Part shown: positions 39,941 through 41,240 of the stretch, piece after piece
Layout: each line of letters starts with the position of its first letter
Numbering within the stretch: the first letter of the stretch is position 1
Assembly: GCA_048938445.1 (NCBI GenBank)
Contig: JBHLME010000026.1
Span: 1-41,240 of the forward strand
Length of the DNA: 41,240 nt
Source of the DNA: Promethearchaeota archaeon
GTDB taxonomy: Archaea > Asgardarchaeota > Lokiarchaeia > Sigyniarchaeales > SOKP01
Direction: 5' to 3'
Made by a program: the position numbers and the translations under genes
Notes under the pieces: generated by a model
The model's database searches: none
The model's input: the letters and a program-made list of their open reading frames with translations, nothing else
Told to the model about the DNA's origin: nothing

Positions 39941-40798
39941 ATGTTAATTTCACAATTTCATAAATTATATCAAGAGAATGGATTAGATTCTCAAGTAATT
40001 AGTAGTTTCCAAAAGATAATTTATTCCTATTTTAAACAAAACGGTCGAGACTTTCCCTTCAGGAATGACACGACACCCTATAACGTGTTAATCTCTGAAA
40101 TGATGCTCCAACAAACTCAAACGGGCCGGGTCTCTGAAAAATATCTTGAATTTAAAAAAAAATTTCCCGATTTCAAAACACTCGCAAGTGCACCACTAGA
40201 GGATGTTTTAAAAATATGGCAAGGATTGGGTTACAATAGAAGAGCTATAGCATTGAAGAAGATAGCAGAAATAATAATAGAAGACTATGATGGAAAATTA
40301 CCTGAGAAAGTTGAAATATTAAAAAAATTTCCTCAAATTGGGCATAACACGGCATCTTCGATAATTGCATTTGTATTTAATAAACCAGTTGTTTTTATTG
40401 AAACAAATATTAGAAGAGTTTACATCTACTTCTTTTTTCCTAAAAAGAAAACCATTGATGATAGAGAAATTCTTCCACTTGTAGAAAAAACACTTGATGT
40501 GAAAAATCCAAAAGAATGGTATTATGCATTAATGGATTATGGAGTCATGTTGAAAAAACAACATCCTGAACTGAATAAAAGGAGTGCCCATTATAGAAAA
40601 CAAGCATCCTTTAAGGGTTCAAACAGGCAAATAAGAGGAAAAATCCTTAAACTTCTTATAAAACAATCTGAAATAACTCAAATGGAGCTTTTAGAAAAAT
40701 TAAATATTGATAAAAAAAAATTAAACGCAATTCTAACTCAAATGGAAAAGGAAGGTTTTTTAAGATATAAGGATGAAATGATATTCATACGGGAGTAA
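39941..40798 (+). CDS. mutY: A/G-specific adenine glycosylase (MutY-like, lacking the Fe-S motif)
   Basis: RDFPFR, SEMMLQQTQ, WQGLGYNRRA, HhH PQIG, ETNIRR, ALMDYG; no Cys cluster. Confidence 0.85.
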   Translation: MLISQFHKLYQENGLDSQVISSFQKIIYSYFKQNGRDFPFRNDTTPYNVLISEMMLQQTQTGRVSEKYLEFKKKFPDFKTLASAPLEDVLKIWQGLGYNRRAIALKKIAEIIIEDYDGKLPEKVEILKKFPQIGHNTASSIIAFVFNKPVVFIETNIRRVYIYFFFPKKKTIDDREILPLVEKTLDVKNPKEWYYALMDYGVMLKKQHPELNKRSAHYRKQASFKGSNRQIRGKILKLLIKQSEITQMELLEKLNIDKKKLNAILTQMEKEGFLRYKDEMIFIRE

Positions 40799-41240
40799 GA
40801 AATATTATTAAAGCAAGATATCCAATACCTAAAACAATATGAAGTAGGGCAAAAAGACCTCCTACCTTTAGTAATCGTTTATAATTCATATCATCAACAC
40901 AATATTTAGTGGAGAGCTCAAGGGTCATCATGTCTGCGGCTGAACCTTGTGGTAAAATATTACCACCAAGATTTATTCCTAATATAAATGCAATTAACAA
41001 GGGTGCTCGAGCAAAACCAGAGTTACTAAGAACACCAATAATAGGAATGAACAAAACTGTCACGGGAACATTATCTAAAAATCCTGATAATAGTGAAGTC
41101 ATGATTAAAATTAGAATGGACATCAAAAAAAGGTTATTTGGGGCTATAATTTTAACAAAATCTTCAATTAGTTTAATAGTTCCATTAACTTCCATGCAAT
41201 AAAGTAAGATAAAAAGACAAATGAAAAAGAAAATTAATTT
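40785..41240 (-). CDS. SLC13/ArsB/NhaD (ion transporter superfamily) permease, 3' part (starts beyond window)
   Basis: The frame is open to the window edge (KLIFFFICLFILLYCME...); SGFLDNVP and GINLGGNILPQGSAA motifs. Confidence 0.8.
   Translation of the reverse strand, partial: KLIFFFICLFILLYCMEVNGTIKLIEDFVKIIAPNNLFLMSILILIMTSLLSGFLDNVPVTVLFIPIIGVLSNSGFARAPLLIAFILGINLGGNILPQGSAADMMTLELSTKYCVDDMNYKRLLKVGGLFALLHIVLGIGYLALIIFLTPV

Noticed and set aside
1338-41202. Short antisense or alternate-frame ORFs in the track (e.g. 11878-12327, 20990-21376, 27471-27791, 37494-37838)
   Set aside because: They lie within well-supported genes and have no motifs, so they are treated as shadow ORFs.

Overview
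AT-rich archaeal chromosomal segment, most likely Asgard/Lokiarchaeia. The inference rests on a TFB paralog, an Arf/Rag-like small GTPase, a 10-PAS histidine kinase, GGTGA/GGAGG ribosome-binding sites and poly-T/A terminators. Left to right: the 3' end of a radical SAM/SPASM gene with a methyltransferase and two glycosyltransferase-like genes (TIGR04282/TIGR04283-like); a two-gene cell-surface operon whose ~1850-aa protein has 11 tandem 89-aa PKD repeats; a rubredoxin missed by the ORF track; an ArsR-type regulator divergent from a missed 51-aa Cys/His peptide plus ABC exporter; an orphan 10-PAS kinase; a flavodiiron protein (likely ATT start) paired with an acyl-CoA dehydrogenase-rubredoxin fusion; CorA, P3A H+-ATPase, glucan phosphorylase, K+-independent H+-PPase and an M28 peptidase; an ArsR-GTPase operon separated from sORF-Lrp-TFB by seven 8-bp operator-like repeats; two rubrerythrins; a clusterless MutY; and a partial SLC13/ArsB-type permease. 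No rRNA, tRNA, CRISPR array or mobile element was recognised. All family calls come from motif recognition by eye, not from database searches.
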